Shown in pieces: positions 45,229 through 55,342 of a stretch of DNA of 57,978 bases. Source of the DNA: Candidatus Micrarchaeota archaeon (GTDB lineage: Archaea > Micrarchaeota > Micrarchaeia > Burarchaeales > Fermentimicrarchaeaceae); assembly GCA_013425405.1 (NCBI GenBank), contig JACCLF010000036.1, forward strand, positions 1-57,978. The letters are read 5' to 3'. Position 1 is the first letter of the stretch. Every line of letters begins with the position of its first letter. The position numbers and the translations under genes are program-made. The notes below the pieces were generated by a model that ran no database searches, was not told where the DNA came from, and saw only the letters and a program-made list of their open reading frames with translations.

Positions 45229-46322
45229 TTCTCCTCCACGCCGTCTATCCCGGCATTGGTTCTCACAGAATTCCTTTTGAAATGCGTTTTAGATACTTTA
45301 AAACCGCTCTTCTTAAGCCTATTCATAAAACTCTTAAAATTGGGAGGGGATTTCTTCACTTTCTCAGCAACCTTGTGCAGGTCGAAATATGTGGGTGGCA
45401 TCCCAGCCTCCTCTTCCATAAGACCCAGCATTTCATCAATTCTGAGCCTGTTGCCGTAATTTCTCTGCTGGTTCATCTCCTTCATTCTCCTGGGGAACTT
45501 AACATTCCAAAGCTCTCCAAGGAACAGAGGCCCCGCATGCTCAAATTTTCCTCCGCATCTGGGGCATTTCTCCTTCAGAAGAGGCGGGTTCATCCTCCAC
45601 TCCCTGTTCAGACATTTCGGGCAGTGGGAGATATAACCTAACTTCTTCATGCTTGCAACCGCCTCATCAGCTCCTGCCTTAACCCTTGCAAATAGCTTGA
45701 AGAAATGCTGTGCCGACATAGAAAGGCAGAACTCCACCCCCAGGTTCAATGTAGACGCCTGCCTGACAATTGCACTTGCCAGTATCCTCACTCCAATTTC
45801 ATGGCAGTACTCATTGTCAATTGGAACTGCTCCGTAATTCTTCAGGCATGCCCTGGAATGCGCTCCGCAGAGAACTGCAGTGTCAGTTGCAGTCACAGAG
45901 AGCATTCCTTCCTTCCTGAAGGATGCAAGGGCACTCTGCAGGTAAGGCAGAGGAGTTCCGAAGGGGTCTATCTCAACCCAGTCAAACCCTCTCTTGTGGA
46001 AGAGGAAGTCATTTATGTGGCAGCAGTGAACTTTGTAATTTTTCAACTTGTTCAGTTTTGCATTCCTCTCAGCAAGCTTGCATGCATCTTCATCCATATC
46101 TACAAACTCAACCCTTGCGACGCATTCATCTTCCAGCATGTACCTTATGCCTCTCACTCCGCTGGCGCACAGCCCGTCAACAAGATGTATCCTCCTCCCG
46201 ACTTCCTCGCAGTATGCCCCAACTGCCAGGCTGGAAATATCCCTGCAGAACTCCATCTGAAGGTTGAAGAAGACATTTTTAGAGAGTATAAGCTCAGCTT
46301 TTCCCTCTTTTACTTTTTCCAT
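45222..46322 (-). CDS. trm1: tRNA (guanine26-N2)-dimethyltransferase Trm1
   Basis: TRM1 family pattern (FFNLQMEFCRD, DGLCASGVRGIRY, IDPFGTP) plus a C-terminal Zn-ribbon CPKC...CPRCG. Confidence 0.88.
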   Translation of the reverse strand: MEKVKEGKAELILSKNVFFNLQMEFCRDISSLAVGAYCEEVGRRIHLVDGLCASGVRGIRYMLEDECVARVEFVDMDEDACKLAERNAKLNKLKNYKVHCCHINDFLFHKRGFDWVEIDPFGTPLPYLQSALASFRKEGMLSVTATDTAVLCGAHSRACLKNYGAVPIDNEYCHEIGVRILASAIVRQASTLNLGVEFCLSMSAQHFFKLFARVKAGADEAVASMKKLGYISHCPKCLNREWRMNPPLLKEKCPRCGGKFEHAGPLFLGELWNVKFPRRMKEMNQQRNYGNRLRIDEMLGLMEEEAGMPPTYFDLHKVAEKVKKSPPNFKSFMNRLKKSGFKVSKTHFKRNSVRTNAGIDGVEENY

Positions 46323-46355
46323 TATTTCATCCCACTTTCACAGAGAATTCATCAA

Positions 46356-47357
46356 CTATTCTTTAATAACTTTAGCAACCTTATGAATCTCGTCAGCTGC
46401 TTCTTTCTTCTCCTTTTCAATTTTCTCCAGCTCATTAAGGACCTCCCAGAACCTCTTGCTCTTTAAGAGCTCATGAAAACTATCCTTGAAAATTTTCTCG
46501 CATCCTTCGATTAAATCTCCTGCAACCTCACCTGTTTTTGTAAAACTTGCAACAAAAAAAGTATTATTCTCTAAATCATCTCCGCTGTAATCCCTCCAAA
46601 GCTTCATAACATTGCGATTGAGTCTAAATTCCTCTACATCCCTTACCTTTAATGGAATCCCTTTCATCTCATCAATCGGATACGCAGAAATTGCTTGAGC
46701 AAATCCCCCGATTATCAGCACTCCGTTTTCTTTCAGCAATTTTACAGCTTCAAGAATATGGAGTTTATCCACTGAAGTCATCATAGCGCCAAGAAGTATA
46801 CTAATCCTACCTTCTTCTGACTCTCTAAGCCTTTCAAGCACTTTTTTGCTAACCTCTTCTTCAAATAAGCCATCATATTTCTTCTGGAAAAACTCCTTAT
46901 ATTTACTAATGTATTTTTCAACGAAATCAGAATAAAAGCCTAAAATAACATTTGGTGTATTAAGAAGAACTGCCGCATCTGCACCACTGATAGGCACACT
47001 CGACATATCCCCAACAACCTTAAACCTCTCGCCCTTCTTTTCCTTATCGCGCATGCGTAGGTCTTCAAATTTTCCAAGTTGCTCCCTGCTTAAATCAACA
47101 ACAACATAATTGAATTTCTTCTCTGCAACCTTCTCAACAGCATCTTTGAATCTTCCTCTCCCTCCTGCAATGTCGACAATTGTGACTGGCTTCTCGCTCT
47201 CATTGATAATATTTGTAATTCCCGAAACTGAAACTGCCTTTTCATAAAATTTGTCCATGTAAGAGCTCTTGGAAACTTTCTCATGGAATGAGGTAGGGTA
47301 AAAATTCTGAAACCTCGCCAGCACCTTTCCCTCTTCCGGCTCAAGTAATCTGTACAT
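46356..47357 (-). CDS. putative class I SAM-dependent methyltransferase
   Basis: Motif I-like VTIVDIAGGRGRF and motif II-like YVVVDLS. Substrate unknown. Confidence 0.5.
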   Translation of the reverse strand: MYRLLEPEEGKVLARFQNFYPTSFHEKVSKSSYMDKFYEKAVSVSGITNIINESEKPVTIVDIAGGRGRFKDAVEKVAEKKFNYVVVDLSREQLGKFEDLRMRDKEKKGERFKVVGDMSSVPISGADAAVLLNTPNVILGFYSDFVEKYISKYKEFFQKKYDGLFEEEVSKKVLERLRESEEGRISILLGAMMTSVDKLHILEAVKLLKENGVLIIGGFAQAISAYPIDEMKGIPLKVRDVEEFRLNRNVMKLWRDYSGDDLENNTFFVASFTKTGEVAGDLIEGCEKIFKDSFHELLKSKRFWEVLNELEKIEKEKKEAADEIHKVAKVIKE

Positions 47358-47396
47358 AACGAATTTTTGAATTTTGGAGTATAAAAACAGTATCCA

Positions 47397-47807
47397 TCAT
47401 TTCTCAAACTTCTTTCCTTGTTCCCATTTCCCCTCTATCATCTTGTTGAAAGCAAACTCCAGCACTCTTTTGAAGGCAGCTCTCTCGCTCTCGCCGAGCT
47501 TCATTGCAATCTTCTTCTCTCTCTCAACGCTGAAGAACCCGTCGTTGTAGCCTATCCTGTTCTTGTTCTCCACATTCTCCAGAGTTGTGAATGTGTGGAA
47601 GGCGCTCCAGCCCTTATTCTCCTCAATCGCTTCCGCAAGCCCGGCAACCTCATCAATGTCGAGCTTCACCCTGTTCTTGTTCACTTTGTCGCTGAGAGTT
47701 ATGAAAAGCGCGCAGTCGCCCGACCTGCACTCTCCAAGCGAAATTGTGAGTGAAGTTGTCTTCTCCTCTGTCTGATGTATGAAAGAATGCATAACGCTCA
47801 AAGGCAT
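47397..47807 (-). CDS. hypothetical protein (136 aa)
   Basis: Track ORF. Lies between the dCMP deaminase and methyltransferase genes on the same strand. Confidence 0.45.
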   Translation of the reverse strand: MPLSVMHSFIHQTEEKTTSLTISLGECRSGDCALFITLSDKVNKNRVKLDIDEVAGLAEAIEENKGWSAFHTFTTLENVENKNRIGYNDGFFSVEREKKIAMKLGESERAAFKRVLEFAFNKMIEGKWEQGKKFEK

Positions 47808-47811
47808 ACCC

Positions 47812-48267
47812 TCACCTCTTTTTCCAGTCCAGCTTGTCCATCTTCACTCCAGCCTGCTTGAAAAGCTCGAAAGCCTCCTTGTCTGCGTAATCTCCTGAAT
47901 AAACAACTCGATTTATGCCTGCATTGATTATCATCTTGGCGCATATCTTGCAGGGTATCCCGTTCACGTACATAGTTGCATCCTTTGAGGAAATCCCGTG
48001 CAGTGCGCATTGTATAATTGCATTCTGCTCTGCATGCACACCTCTGCATATCTCATGGTGGGTTCCGCTCTCTATGCCCAGCTCATCTCTCAAACAGCCA
48101 ATCTCCAAGCAATGCGGCAAACCTCTTGGAGCTCCATTGTAGCCTGTTGCTAGTAGCCTCTTATCCTTGACTATTACCGCTCCAAAATTATGCCTCTTGC
48201 ACGTTGACCTCTCCGCAACATCATCGCATATCTTCATGAAGTATTCATCCCAGGAAGGCCTCGACAT
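47812..48267 (-). CDS. dCMP deaminase (ComEB-type cytidine/deoxycytidylate deaminase)
   Basis: HAEQNAI and PCKICAKMI zinc-ligand motifs. Confidence 0.9.
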   Translation of the reverse strand: MSRPSWDEYFMKICDDVAERSTCKRHNFGAVIVKDKRLLATGYNGAPRGLPHCLEIGCLRDELGIESGTHHEICRGVHAEQNAIIQCALHGISSKDATMYVNGIPCKICAKMIINAGINRVVYSGDYADKEAFELFKQAGVKMDKLDWKKR

Positions 48268-48388
48268 GGTTCACCTCTATCATGTATTTTGAAAAGAAAT
48301 GAATTTAATACATTAGTCTCACCAACAGTATTAATACAGCGAAGTGGACGGTAACTAAAGAATTTAAATTATTAACACCAATTCATAA

Positions 48389-49525
48389 ATGGTGCTAAGC
48401 TTGAAAAAATCAAATCTTTTGTTAATTATCCTCCTGCTCTGCCTCACAGTCAACTCGGCTAATGTGACGATGTACTTCTTCTATTCAACAACCTGCTCGC
48501 ACTGCCATGCCGAATCCATATTCCTGACAAAACTTGAACCTCGCTACCCGTCATTGGAGATAAAGAGCCTTGCAGTGGACATCTCGCCGTCAAATGCAAA
48601 TCTTATGAAGCAGTTCATGGAATCGCATAACGTCTCATCAACCGCAGGAGTCCCGCAGACGTACATAGGAGACTCCGTGGTGCTTGGCTATGTCGATGAC
48701 GGGACTACCGGCAAGCTCATAGAGCAGAAGATACAGGAGTGCATGCAAGCTGGATGCAACAAGACGGTAATTACAACCGAGGAGTATGTATTCGAATATC
48801 CAATAGTCGGAAGAGTCGATGTCAGGACTCTCTCCCTTCCTTTCCTCAGCTTCCTGCTCGGCTTTCTTGACGGCTTCAATCCCTGTGCGATGTGGGTTCT
48901 CATCTACCTCATAACAATGCTGGCAGGGACAAGGAGCAGGAGAAAGATGATACTTGTTGTGGGGACTTTTGTGGTTGCCTCGGGACTCTGGTATTTCCTA
49001 ATACTGAGCGGCTGGCTGAAGCTGTGGGACATCATAGGGCTGACCGATGTGACGCGTGTGCTTATCGGAATTGTTGCAATTGGTGCAGGTGCGCTCAACC
49101 TCAAAGATTACATAACTCTGCCGAAAGCAGTCTGCAAGGTTACTGATGCAGCTTCCCAGAGCAGTATTATGAAAAAAATTGATGAAATAACAAAGCCCAG
49201 TGCAGTACCGGCAACCCTTCTGGGCATAATCATCCTTGCATTCACCGTGAACACCATAGAATTTGCCTGCTCAGCTGGCTTCCCTGCCACATTCACAAGG
49301 ATACTTGCCCTGAATAAACTGCCTGCACTTGAATACTACTTTTACATTCTCATATACATATTCTTTTACATGCTTGATGACATGATTCTTTTCAGCGTTG
49401 CAGCGCTGACCCTCAGCTCAACTGACTTCTCAGCAAAATACGGCAAGTTCTCCCAGCTCATCGGCGGTGTTGTTCTGCTTGTCCTCGGGTTGCTTCTTAT
49501 ATTCATGCCAAGCGTCCTGAGCTAA
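48389..49525 (+). CDS. membrane thiol:disulfide oxidoreductase: thioredoxin-fold (CSHC) domain fused to a CcdA/DsbD-like TM domain
   Basis: FFYSTTCSHCHAE plus TM domain with LLGFLDGFNPCAMWVL. Confidence 0.6.
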   Translation: MVLSLKKSNLLLIILLLCLTVNSANVTMYFFYSTTCSHCHAESIFLTKLEPRYPSLEIKSLAVDISPSNANLMKQFMESHNVSSTAGVPQTYIGDSVVLGYVDDGTTGKLIEQKIQECMQAGCNKTVITTEEYVFEYPIVGRVDVRTLSLPFLSFLLGFLDGFNPCAMWVLIYLITMLAGTRSRRKMILVVGTFVVASGLWYFLILSGWLKLWDIIGLTDVTRVLIGIVAIGAGALNLKDYITLPKAVCKVTDAASQSSIMKKIDEITKPSAVPATLLGIIILAFTVNTIEFACSAGFPATFTRILALNKLPALEYYFYILIYIFFYMLDDMILFSVAALTLSSTDFSAKYGKFSQLIGGVVLLVLGLLLIFMPSVLS

Positions 49526-50611
49526 TCAGAGAATCTTGTTAAGTATCTCTGCAATATCCTCCTTTTTCATCTCCACCATGTTGGTTTCAAGGGTTGAGAC
49601 AACCACACCGTCGAGTATGAGCGGTATGTCCTCCTTCTTCACTCCAAACTCGCTGAGCCTTATCCTTAGCCCCACCTCCTTGAACAGCTCCCTCATCTTC
49701 TCCGGCCCGTAAATCTGCGTGATGCGGTTTATTTTCTCGGAGCGCAGGGCGTTGAACTCCATAACTTCCGGAAGGGTGATGGAGCAGGCGTTTCCGTGGG
49801 CCGCGCCGAAATAAACCGTGAGCGGGTATGAAATTGCATGAGAAGGGCCTGTCCATGCGTTGCTTATTGCCATTCCTCCTAAAAGGCTTGCAAGGGACAT
49901 CTCCTCCCGTGCATCCATATTCTCCGGTTCCTGGCAGGCTTTCTTCAGATTATCAAAAATAAGCTTTGCCGCCCTCATGGCCAGATAATCGGTTATCGGC
50001 TGTGCCTTCTTTGACCAGAGGGCTTCAAGCGCGTGGGAAAGAGCATCCGCCCCTGTGTTTGCCGTGAGCCCGGCAGGCATGCTTGCTGTGAGTTCGGGGT
50101 CGACTATGGCAACCTTCGGGAACAGCTGCTTGTTCCTGATTGGAGCCTTGAGCTTTTTTTCCTTGTCGGATATAACTGCAAAAGGAGTCACCTCGCTCCC
50201 GGTGCCTGCCGTTGTCGGTATTGCCACAAGAGGAAGGCCTTTCTTCTCGATCTTCTTTTTCCCGAATGCGTACTCATAGGCATTTCCTTTGTTTACAGCT
50301 ATTGACGCCATGAGTTTTGCCGCATCAATTACGCTTCCGCCGCCAAGCGCCATGACGAACTCGCACCCTTCTTTCTCAATAACCTCAACTCCGCCGTCAA
50401 CATTCTGGCATGTCGGATTGGGCTCAACATTGTCATAAACCGAAAGCTTAACATTGCTGAGCTGCTTCTTTATCCTCCCGATGAACTGCTCCCGGAATCC
50501 TCCCTTGCCGGTCACAAGCAGGACATGCTTCCTGTCCACACTCTCCCAAACTCTGCTCAGGCTGCCCTTGCCGAAAATTATCTTAGTCGGCAGCTGGAAT
50601 TCCCAGTCCAT
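49526..50611 (-). CDS. iron-containing (group III) alcohol dehydrogenase family protein
   Basis: ALGGGSVIDAAK, PTTAGTGSE, and His-rich metal motifs GADALSHALE / GPSHAISYPL. Confidence 0.85.
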   Translation of the reverse strand: MDWEFQLPTKIIFGKGSLSRVWESVDRKHVLLVTGKGGFREQFIGRIKKQLSNVKLSVYDNVEPNPTCQNVDGGVEVIEKEGCEFVMALGGGSVIDAAKLMASIAVNKGNAYEYAFGKKKIEKKGLPLVAIPTTAGTGSEVTPFAVISDKEKKLKAPIRNKQLFPKVAIVDPELTASMPAGLTANTGADALSHALEALWSKKAQPITDYLAMRAAKLIFDNLKKACQEPENMDAREEMSLASLLGGMAISNAWTGPSHAISYPLTVYFGAAHGNACSITLPEVMEFNALRSEKINRITQIYGPEKMRELFKEVGLRIRLSEFGVKKEDIPLILDGVVVSTLETNMVEMKKEDIAEILNKIL

Positions 50612-50823
50612 CCACTCTCCTCCAATTTTTTAACAGCATCAATAAGCCCGTGCGCATAGTTGATGCATCCAAAAGCGGTCACATAATCCTTTTTGTCAAG
50701 ATAGAACTGTGCATCCTTGCAGTACCTCGTTGCGAGCTCGACTATTTCTGGTGCCTCCCTCACATCCTTTACGCTTTTGTAGAACTGCTCTATGTCGTCC
50801 CTTATCCTTCTCTCCTCATCCAT
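50578..50823 (-). CDS. DUF357-like archaeal small protein
   Basis: YCKDAQFYLDKKDYVTAFGCINYAHGLIDA pattern. The 3' end overlaps the ADH start by 34 nt. Confidence 0.5.
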   Translation of the reverse strand: MDEERRIRDDIEQFYKSVKDVREAPEIVELATRYCKDAQFYLDKKDYVTAFGCINYAHGLIDAVKKLEESGWTGNSSCRLR

Positions 50824-50861
50824 GGTAGGTATTTTAATTTTCTTTATTTTAATCTATTCCT

Positions 50862-51821
50862 ATGTACAATAGGGTTATCGTTGGAGGGACCTTTGAGACG
50901 CTCCACAAAGGGCACAGGAAACTGCTCAGATTTGCCCTCTCATCCGGCAGGAGAGTCTACATCGGCCTGACAAGCGATGAGTTCACGAGAAAGAACAAAA
51001 AATACAGCTGTTCTCCATTTGTATCTAGGAAGAAACGGCTTGAGAAGTTCCTTGGAAAGAAGGTGCGTAGGGTGGAGATATTTCCGCTCCATGACGTCTA
51101 CGGACCCACCATTGATGGCAATTTTGATGCAATAGCTGTCAGTGAGGAGACAAGGGGCAGGGCGGAGGAGATAAACATGCTCAGGAGAAGCAAGGGGCTG
51201 AAGCCATTGGAAATACTTGCAATACCGCTTTTTAATTCAGATGACCTCAAGAAACTCTCCTGTGAGAGGATAAAGGAGGGGGAGGTGGATGATATGGGAA
51301 GGGTAAAAAACCCCATACTACTGGCCGTAGGCTCGACAAACCCCGCCAAGCTCAAGGGTGTCGAAAAAGTTGCAAGAAAGATATTCAAAAACTTCAAAAT
51401 ACGCGGAATCAAGGTCAAGTCAAAGATTCCCGGCCAGCCCTTTGATGATGAGACAGTAAAAGGCGCTGTGAACAGAGCCCGTATTGCAAAGCTGAAGCTC
51501 AAAGGAGATTATGGCGTGGGGCTAGAGAGCGGGCTTTTCAGGTACAGGGGAAAATACTACGACTGCCTGGTTTGCGCCGTGTACGATGGCGAGAGAGTCA
51601 CAATCGGCTACAGCATGGCGTTTGAGATTCCCCGCGAGCTGGCCGAGGAGATGGAGAGCACTGAAAAAACCATGAGCAAACTCTTCGAAGAGGTCAGCGG
51701 AATCAGTGAAATAGGAAAGAAGAAGGGAGCAATTGGCTACCTTTCAAAAGGGCTGGCTAAGAGGAGCCAGATGGCGGAGCAGGCTTTTCTCTGCGCCATG
51801 ATACCGCGGATGAGTCGTTGA
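50862..51821 (+). CDS. coaD: fusion protein: archaeal phosphopantetheine adenylyltransferase (N) + DUF84/YjjX-type ITP/XTP NTPase (C)
   Basis: N-terminal part: VGGTFETLHKGHRKLL...IGLTSD...HDVYGPT...AVSEETRGRAEEIN. C-terminal part: LAVGSTNPAKLKGV...SKIPGQPFDDETVKGAVNRA...GVGLESG. Confidence 0.78.
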   Translation: MYNRVIVGGTFETLHKGHRKLLRFALSSGRRVYIGLTSDEFTRKNKKYSCSPFVSRKKRLEKFLGKKVRRVEIFPLHDVYGPTIDGNFDAIAVSEETRGRAEEINMLRRSKGLKPLEILAIPLFNSDDLKKLSCERIKEGEVDDMGRVKNPILLAVGSTNPAKLKGVEKVARKIFKNFKIRGIKVKSKIPGQPFDDETVKGAVNRARIAKLKLKGDYGVGLESGLFRYRGKYYDCLVCAVYDGERVTIGYSMAFEIPRELAEEMESTEKTMSKLFEEVSGISEIGKKKGAIGYLSKGLAKRSQMAEQAFLCAMIPRMSR

Positions 51822-51891
51822 AAATACCCTAAAATGAAAGTAATAAATACCCCTGAATGCACATAAGTCAGTATAAAATTCAAAAAGGTGA

Positions 51892-52527
51892 TTGAATATG
51901 GCGGATGTGACTGCACCTCCTGGCACTCTATCGTTTCAGGAGCAGCTTGATTTGATAATTGACGATATAGACAGGTCAATAGCTGGAAAACATGTCTTCA
52001 CGTTGCGCGACCTGCTTGAGAATCCCCGGGATTACTCAGAAACGCAGGATGTAGGGAAGGAAATAGACAAACTCAAGGTGGATGTGAATGGTTATTTTGA
52101 AGAAATGATTTCTGGCGCTTCTGATCAGGTTTCCAAATACAAGGACGATGCCATGAAGGCTACGAGACTTGCTGACAAATTTGAAGATGTCTTGAAAGAT
52201 AAGGCCAAGAGCGCGAAGAAGCCATTCGTAGCCCCGTTCTACTTCGTGAGGAATGAGGACGAAGACGAGATAATATACATTGACAGCTATGATACTTCCT
52301 ATGAAGCGCTTGTTGATAAACTGCTGGAATCCAGTATGTTCATCATAAACGCAAGCGTGCCAGTTGACACTTTCAGGATGGGCCGCTGGGTTTTCGTTGG
52401 CGATAACAAGAACAGAGGCATTGCAGTATTCTTTCCCACGAACCCCGTGGGCGTTCTAGAAATGGCGAGGAATCAGCTGGAAACTGCACTGGAAGGGGTA
52501 AAACTCGACCTGGAATCTGAAAAATAG
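51892..52527 (+). CDS. hypothetical acidic protein (211 aa)
   Basis: Track ORF only. Confidence 0.45.
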   Translation: MNMADVTAPPGTLSFQEQLDLIIDDIDRSIAGKHVFTLRDLLENPRDYSETQDVGKEIDKLKVDVNGYFEEMISGASDQVSKYKDDAMKATRLADKFEDVLKDKAKSAKKPFVAPFYFVRNEDEDEIIYIDSYDTSYEALVDKLLESSMFIINASVPVDTFRMGRWVFVGDNKNRGIAVFFPTNPVGVLEMARNQLETALEGVKLDLESEK

Positions 52528-52535
52528 ATAGATGC

Positions 52536-53654
52536 CTAATCCTTAACCATGAACCTGTCTATCTCTTTCTTAGCGTTTTCCCTCTTCTTCTGATGCTCCT
52601 CAAGGAACCTGCAGACCTTGTCAGCCAGGTATTTCTTGCACTCTCCGCAGAGTATCCTCCCCGCCTTACAGTCATCAAATGAATTCCTCAGCTTCTCGTC
52701 ATTCTCCTCAAACATGTAGTAGAGCCACTGGTGGACGACGCACACCTCCGGATTCCCTCCCTTCTCCTTCTGCTCGGCAACAGTAGCCCTGCCGCCAGTG
52801 AAGGCAGCCATCACCTTCTTCCTGGCAACTGGTGCAGAGTCGGTCGTGTATATTGCAGTATCCTCCTTAGAAGCCGACATTTTTCCGCCAACCCCCTGCA
52901 GGCCCGGAAGGAACTTGCTGTATATTCCCGCAGGCTTCGGCATCCCAAGCGCAGGAGCGACATCCCTGGCTATCCTCCAGTACGGGTCCTGGTCTATGGC
53001 GCATGGTATGAGGCAGTTCACATTCCTCTTCTCCAGCATCTGTGCCATAAATGCCGGCGATGCCTGCACTGCCGGGAAGAATATTATGCCTATGTTGGAG
53101 CTGTTGGTGAAGCCAAAAACTGCCTTGGCAGTTGAGAAGGTAACCCTCTTTGCAACATCCAGGGCTATCCTGTAGATTGTTTTTATATACTCAACATCGG
53201 AGAATATCACAGTCTTGCCCGGCTCCATACCCGCAGCAATGACATCGAGCGCATTGTCATAGCTGTAGCCCACGGCCTCCTCCAGCCCAACGTCCCTCAT
53301 GAGAAATTTCTCATCGTCAGTCATCTGAAAATAAAGCTTGCAGCCAAATGCTTTCTGCAGGTATGCTGTGAAAATCCACGGTATGAGATGCCCCAGATGG
53401 GTCCTACCGGACGGACCCCTTCCGGTGTAGAGCACAAACTCCTTCCCCTTCTCATACTCATCCATGATTACATCAAAGTCCCTGTGGGAGAAGAACAGCC
53501 CCCTTCGGAGGTAGAGGTGCGTCCCGCCGGCTTTCTTCTCAATTTTTTCAATGAGCTCTTTTGACAGCGGCTGCACCCCGAACTCCTTGATGAGCTTGCC
53601 GTAATCAACCTCACCAGTAACTTCCCATGGGTTTACTGTGAATTTCTTCTGCAT
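52536..53654 (-). CDS. trpS: tryptophan--tRNA ligase (archaeal/eukaryotic type)
   Basis: TGRGPSGRTHLGHLIPW (HIGH-type) and KMSASK motifs; 372 aa. Confidence 0.9.
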   Translation of the reverse strand: MQKKFTVNPWEVTGEVDYGKLIKEFGVQPLSKELIEKIEKKAGGTHLYLRRGLFFSHRDFDVIMDEYEKGKEFVLYTGRGPSGRTHLGHLIPWIFTAYLQKAFGCKLYFQMTDDEKFLMRDVGLEEAVGYSYDNALDVIAAGMEPGKTVIFSDVEYIKTIYRIALDVAKRVTFSTAKAVFGFTNSSNIGIIFFPAVQASPAFMAQMLEKRNVNCLIPCAIDQDPYWRIARDVAPALGMPKPAGIYSKFLPGLQGVGGKMSASKEDTAIYTTDSAPVARKKVMAAFTGGRATVAEQKEKGGNPEVCVVHQWLYYMFEENDEKLRNSFDDCKAGRILCGECKKYLADKVCRFLEEHQKKRENAKKEIDRFMVKD

Positions 53655-53666
53655 CTCAAACGACCT

Positions 53667-54407
53667 TTATACTCTCTTATTTCTAAAGATAAATATTAAT
53701 AATCCAACTGCCGAGCCGATGACTACCACGGGTATTACCCCGCTCACTGCAGCCTGGACGAAACCGAACCTGTGGGTTTCCCTTATGGCGGCTATGAGTA
53801 TACCCATTGCGTAGAGTGTGACAAATATGGCTCCTAGAATCAAGATTGCTACGCTCATCAAGAGCAGAAGCCAGAGCGCTCCTCCTATAATTAAAATTAC
53901 AAATGGTAGCATGGGAATGACCAGAGAGAGCATGTAGATGTGCTGCTTGAGACTTCCCATTCCTCCAACCAGCATGGCAAAAGAATATGAAACGAGCGTA
54001 ACTGCCAGCCATACAGCAAGCAGGATTAGGAATAAAGTCGTATAGCCGAAAATCCCAATAATCGAGCCTGCGCTCTCCCCGGGAGGCGGTTTTCCTGTTA
54101 TGAACAGCAAGAACGCAAGTATGCCGGCGTTTACCAGGCCCACAAGAAGGTTCATGGCTATGCCTGCAGAGGAAGCCTTCTTGCTGCTTTTTTTGAAAAC
54201 TTTGTTTGGGCTGATGAATAAGTTCGCCCAGGCATTCCATCTCATCAGAGTGCTGCCGGCAGTCTCCTCCTTCTCAGTCTCGCTCGGGAGTATGGAGCAG
54301 TCAATGCAAATCGTATCGGGAGACCCGCCGCAGTCCTCGCAGAGAGGCCTTCCGCACTTTGAACATGTGGCAACAGCTTCTTTTTCTGGATGGTAGGCGC
54401 ACTCCAT
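53667..54407 (-). CDS. membrane protein with an N-terminal B-box-like zinc ribbon and a multi-TM (Yip1-like) body
   Basis: CAYHPEKEAVATCSKCGRPLCEDC, followed by 5 hydrophobic helices. Confidence 0.55.
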   Translation of the reverse strand: MECAYHPEKEAVATCSKCGRPLCEDCGGSPDTICIDCSILPSETEKEETAGSTLMRWNAWANLFISPNKVFKKSSKKASSAGIAMNLLVGLVNAGILAFLLFITGKPPPGESAGSIIGIFGYTTLFLILLAVWLAVTLVSYSFAMLVGGMGSLKQHIYMLSLVIPMLPFVILIIGGALWLLLLMSVAILILGAIFVTLYAMGILIAAIRETHRFGFVQAAVSGVIPVVVIGSAVGLLIFIFRNKRV

Positions 54408-54487
54408 TCAAATCGATAGATTAACTTTCTGCCGCTTAATATAGTTTTCTCTTGAAAAGAAGAATAAAAAGAAGGAAAAAAAAGAAA

Positions 54488-54661
54488 CTATATGTTCTCA
54501 ATTCCCAGCTCAACCCTGGCAGGCCTTATTGAAGTGGATTTGCATACAAGCAGCAGAGTCTCCCCGTTCCTCTTAACAAAGGAAGTTATGTTCCTCCTGT
54601 CCAGGAACGATATGAGCTGATCAATTTCCTCATCCTTGAGCTTGCTTATGTCCATTTTCAT
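54488..54661 (-). CDS. small protein Y2 (57 aa), paralog of 28730..28855
   Basis: MKMDISKLKDEEIDQLISFLDRRNITSFVKRNGETLLLVCK... The same SD/ATG context as Y1, inside the identical block. Confidence 0.55.
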   Translation of the reverse strand: MKMDISKLKDEEIDQLISFLDRRNITSFVKRNGETLLLVCKSTSIRPARVELGIENI

Positions 54662-54738
54662 CTCAATCACCTCTTTACTGCTAAGAGGTGGTTTTCCAGG
54701 GTATTTAAATAGGCGGAAGGGGGGTAGCTTTCCAGTGA
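54648..54738 (-). repeat. 91-bp block 100% identical to 28842..28932
   Basis: See 28842..28932. The offset between copies is 25806 nt, in the same orientation. Confidence 0.95.
54668..54711 (-). promoter_or_regulatory. promoter of Y2: TATA box plus palindrome (copy of 28862..28905)
   Basis: TATTTAAATA at 54702-54711; palindrome at 54668-54690. Confidence 0.6.
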
Positions 54739-54753
54739 AACTAGAAACAGCCT

Positions 54754-55044
54754 CTACTCAAGCTTTCTCTTCCTAAGTTCTTCCTGCAGTTCTTTAATCT
54801 TCGTGGCTTTCTGAGGATCTATTCTCTCCACAGTACCTATCATTCCTTCAAGTTGCTCGTGCAATACTTGACTGTCTGGCCTAATGTTGTTCTCCTTAAG
54901 GATTGGCATAAGCCTTTGTATCTCCGCTTTAACGTCTAGTGGTTTTTCCTTATTTGTAAGCTCCATACCCCTAACTATATCGAATACCTTATCTCTTTCC
55001 TTTCCTGCGCCTATTATTTCATCCAAAATACCGGTTTTACCCAT
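54754..55044 (-). CDS. small charged helical protein X2 (96 aa), paralog of 29058..29420
   Basis: LMPILKENNIRPDSQVLHEQLE..ERIDPQKATKIKELQEELRKRKLE. Confidence 0.6.
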   Translation of the reverse strand: MGKTGILDEIIGAGKERDKVFDIVRGMELTNKEKPLDVKAEIQRLMPILKENNIRPDSQVLHEQLEGMIGTVERIDPQKATKIKELQEELRKRKLE

Positions 55045-55082
55045 AAAATCACGTATAATTCATGTATCATATTCTTTATAAA
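55045..55082 (-). promoter_or_regulatory. promoter of X2 (TTTATAAA, near-leaderless)
   Basis: TTTATAAA at 55075-55082, with the same 30-nt spacing to the ATG as at X1. Confidence 0.55.
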
Positions 55083-55102
55083 TATACGCCACGATAAAAA
55101 TT

Positions 55103-55342
55103 ATGAAAGATGCTTCCTCCGCCGAGATTGTCAGGAGAGCAGTTGAAATGGCTAGAGAGAGCATCCCCTGGCATCATCACTATATGCCTCCGGGCTGTCA
55201 CTTCTCAAGGGAAAGCAAAATGCACCAGCTGATTCTTGAGAATGAAATAACCCAAGAAATATGGGTTGCAAAAACTGATGAAAAACCACTTGATGAATTG
55301 AAGAAACTTGAGGATTTGTTCTTCAGAAAGAAATTCCCCTAG
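55103..55342 (+). CDS. hypothetical protein (79 aa)
   Basis: Track ORF, divergent from X2. Confidence 0.35.
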   Translation: MKDASSAEIVRRAVEMARESIPWHHHYMPPGCHFSRESKMHQLILENEITQEIWVAKTDEKPLDELKKLEDLFFRKKFP

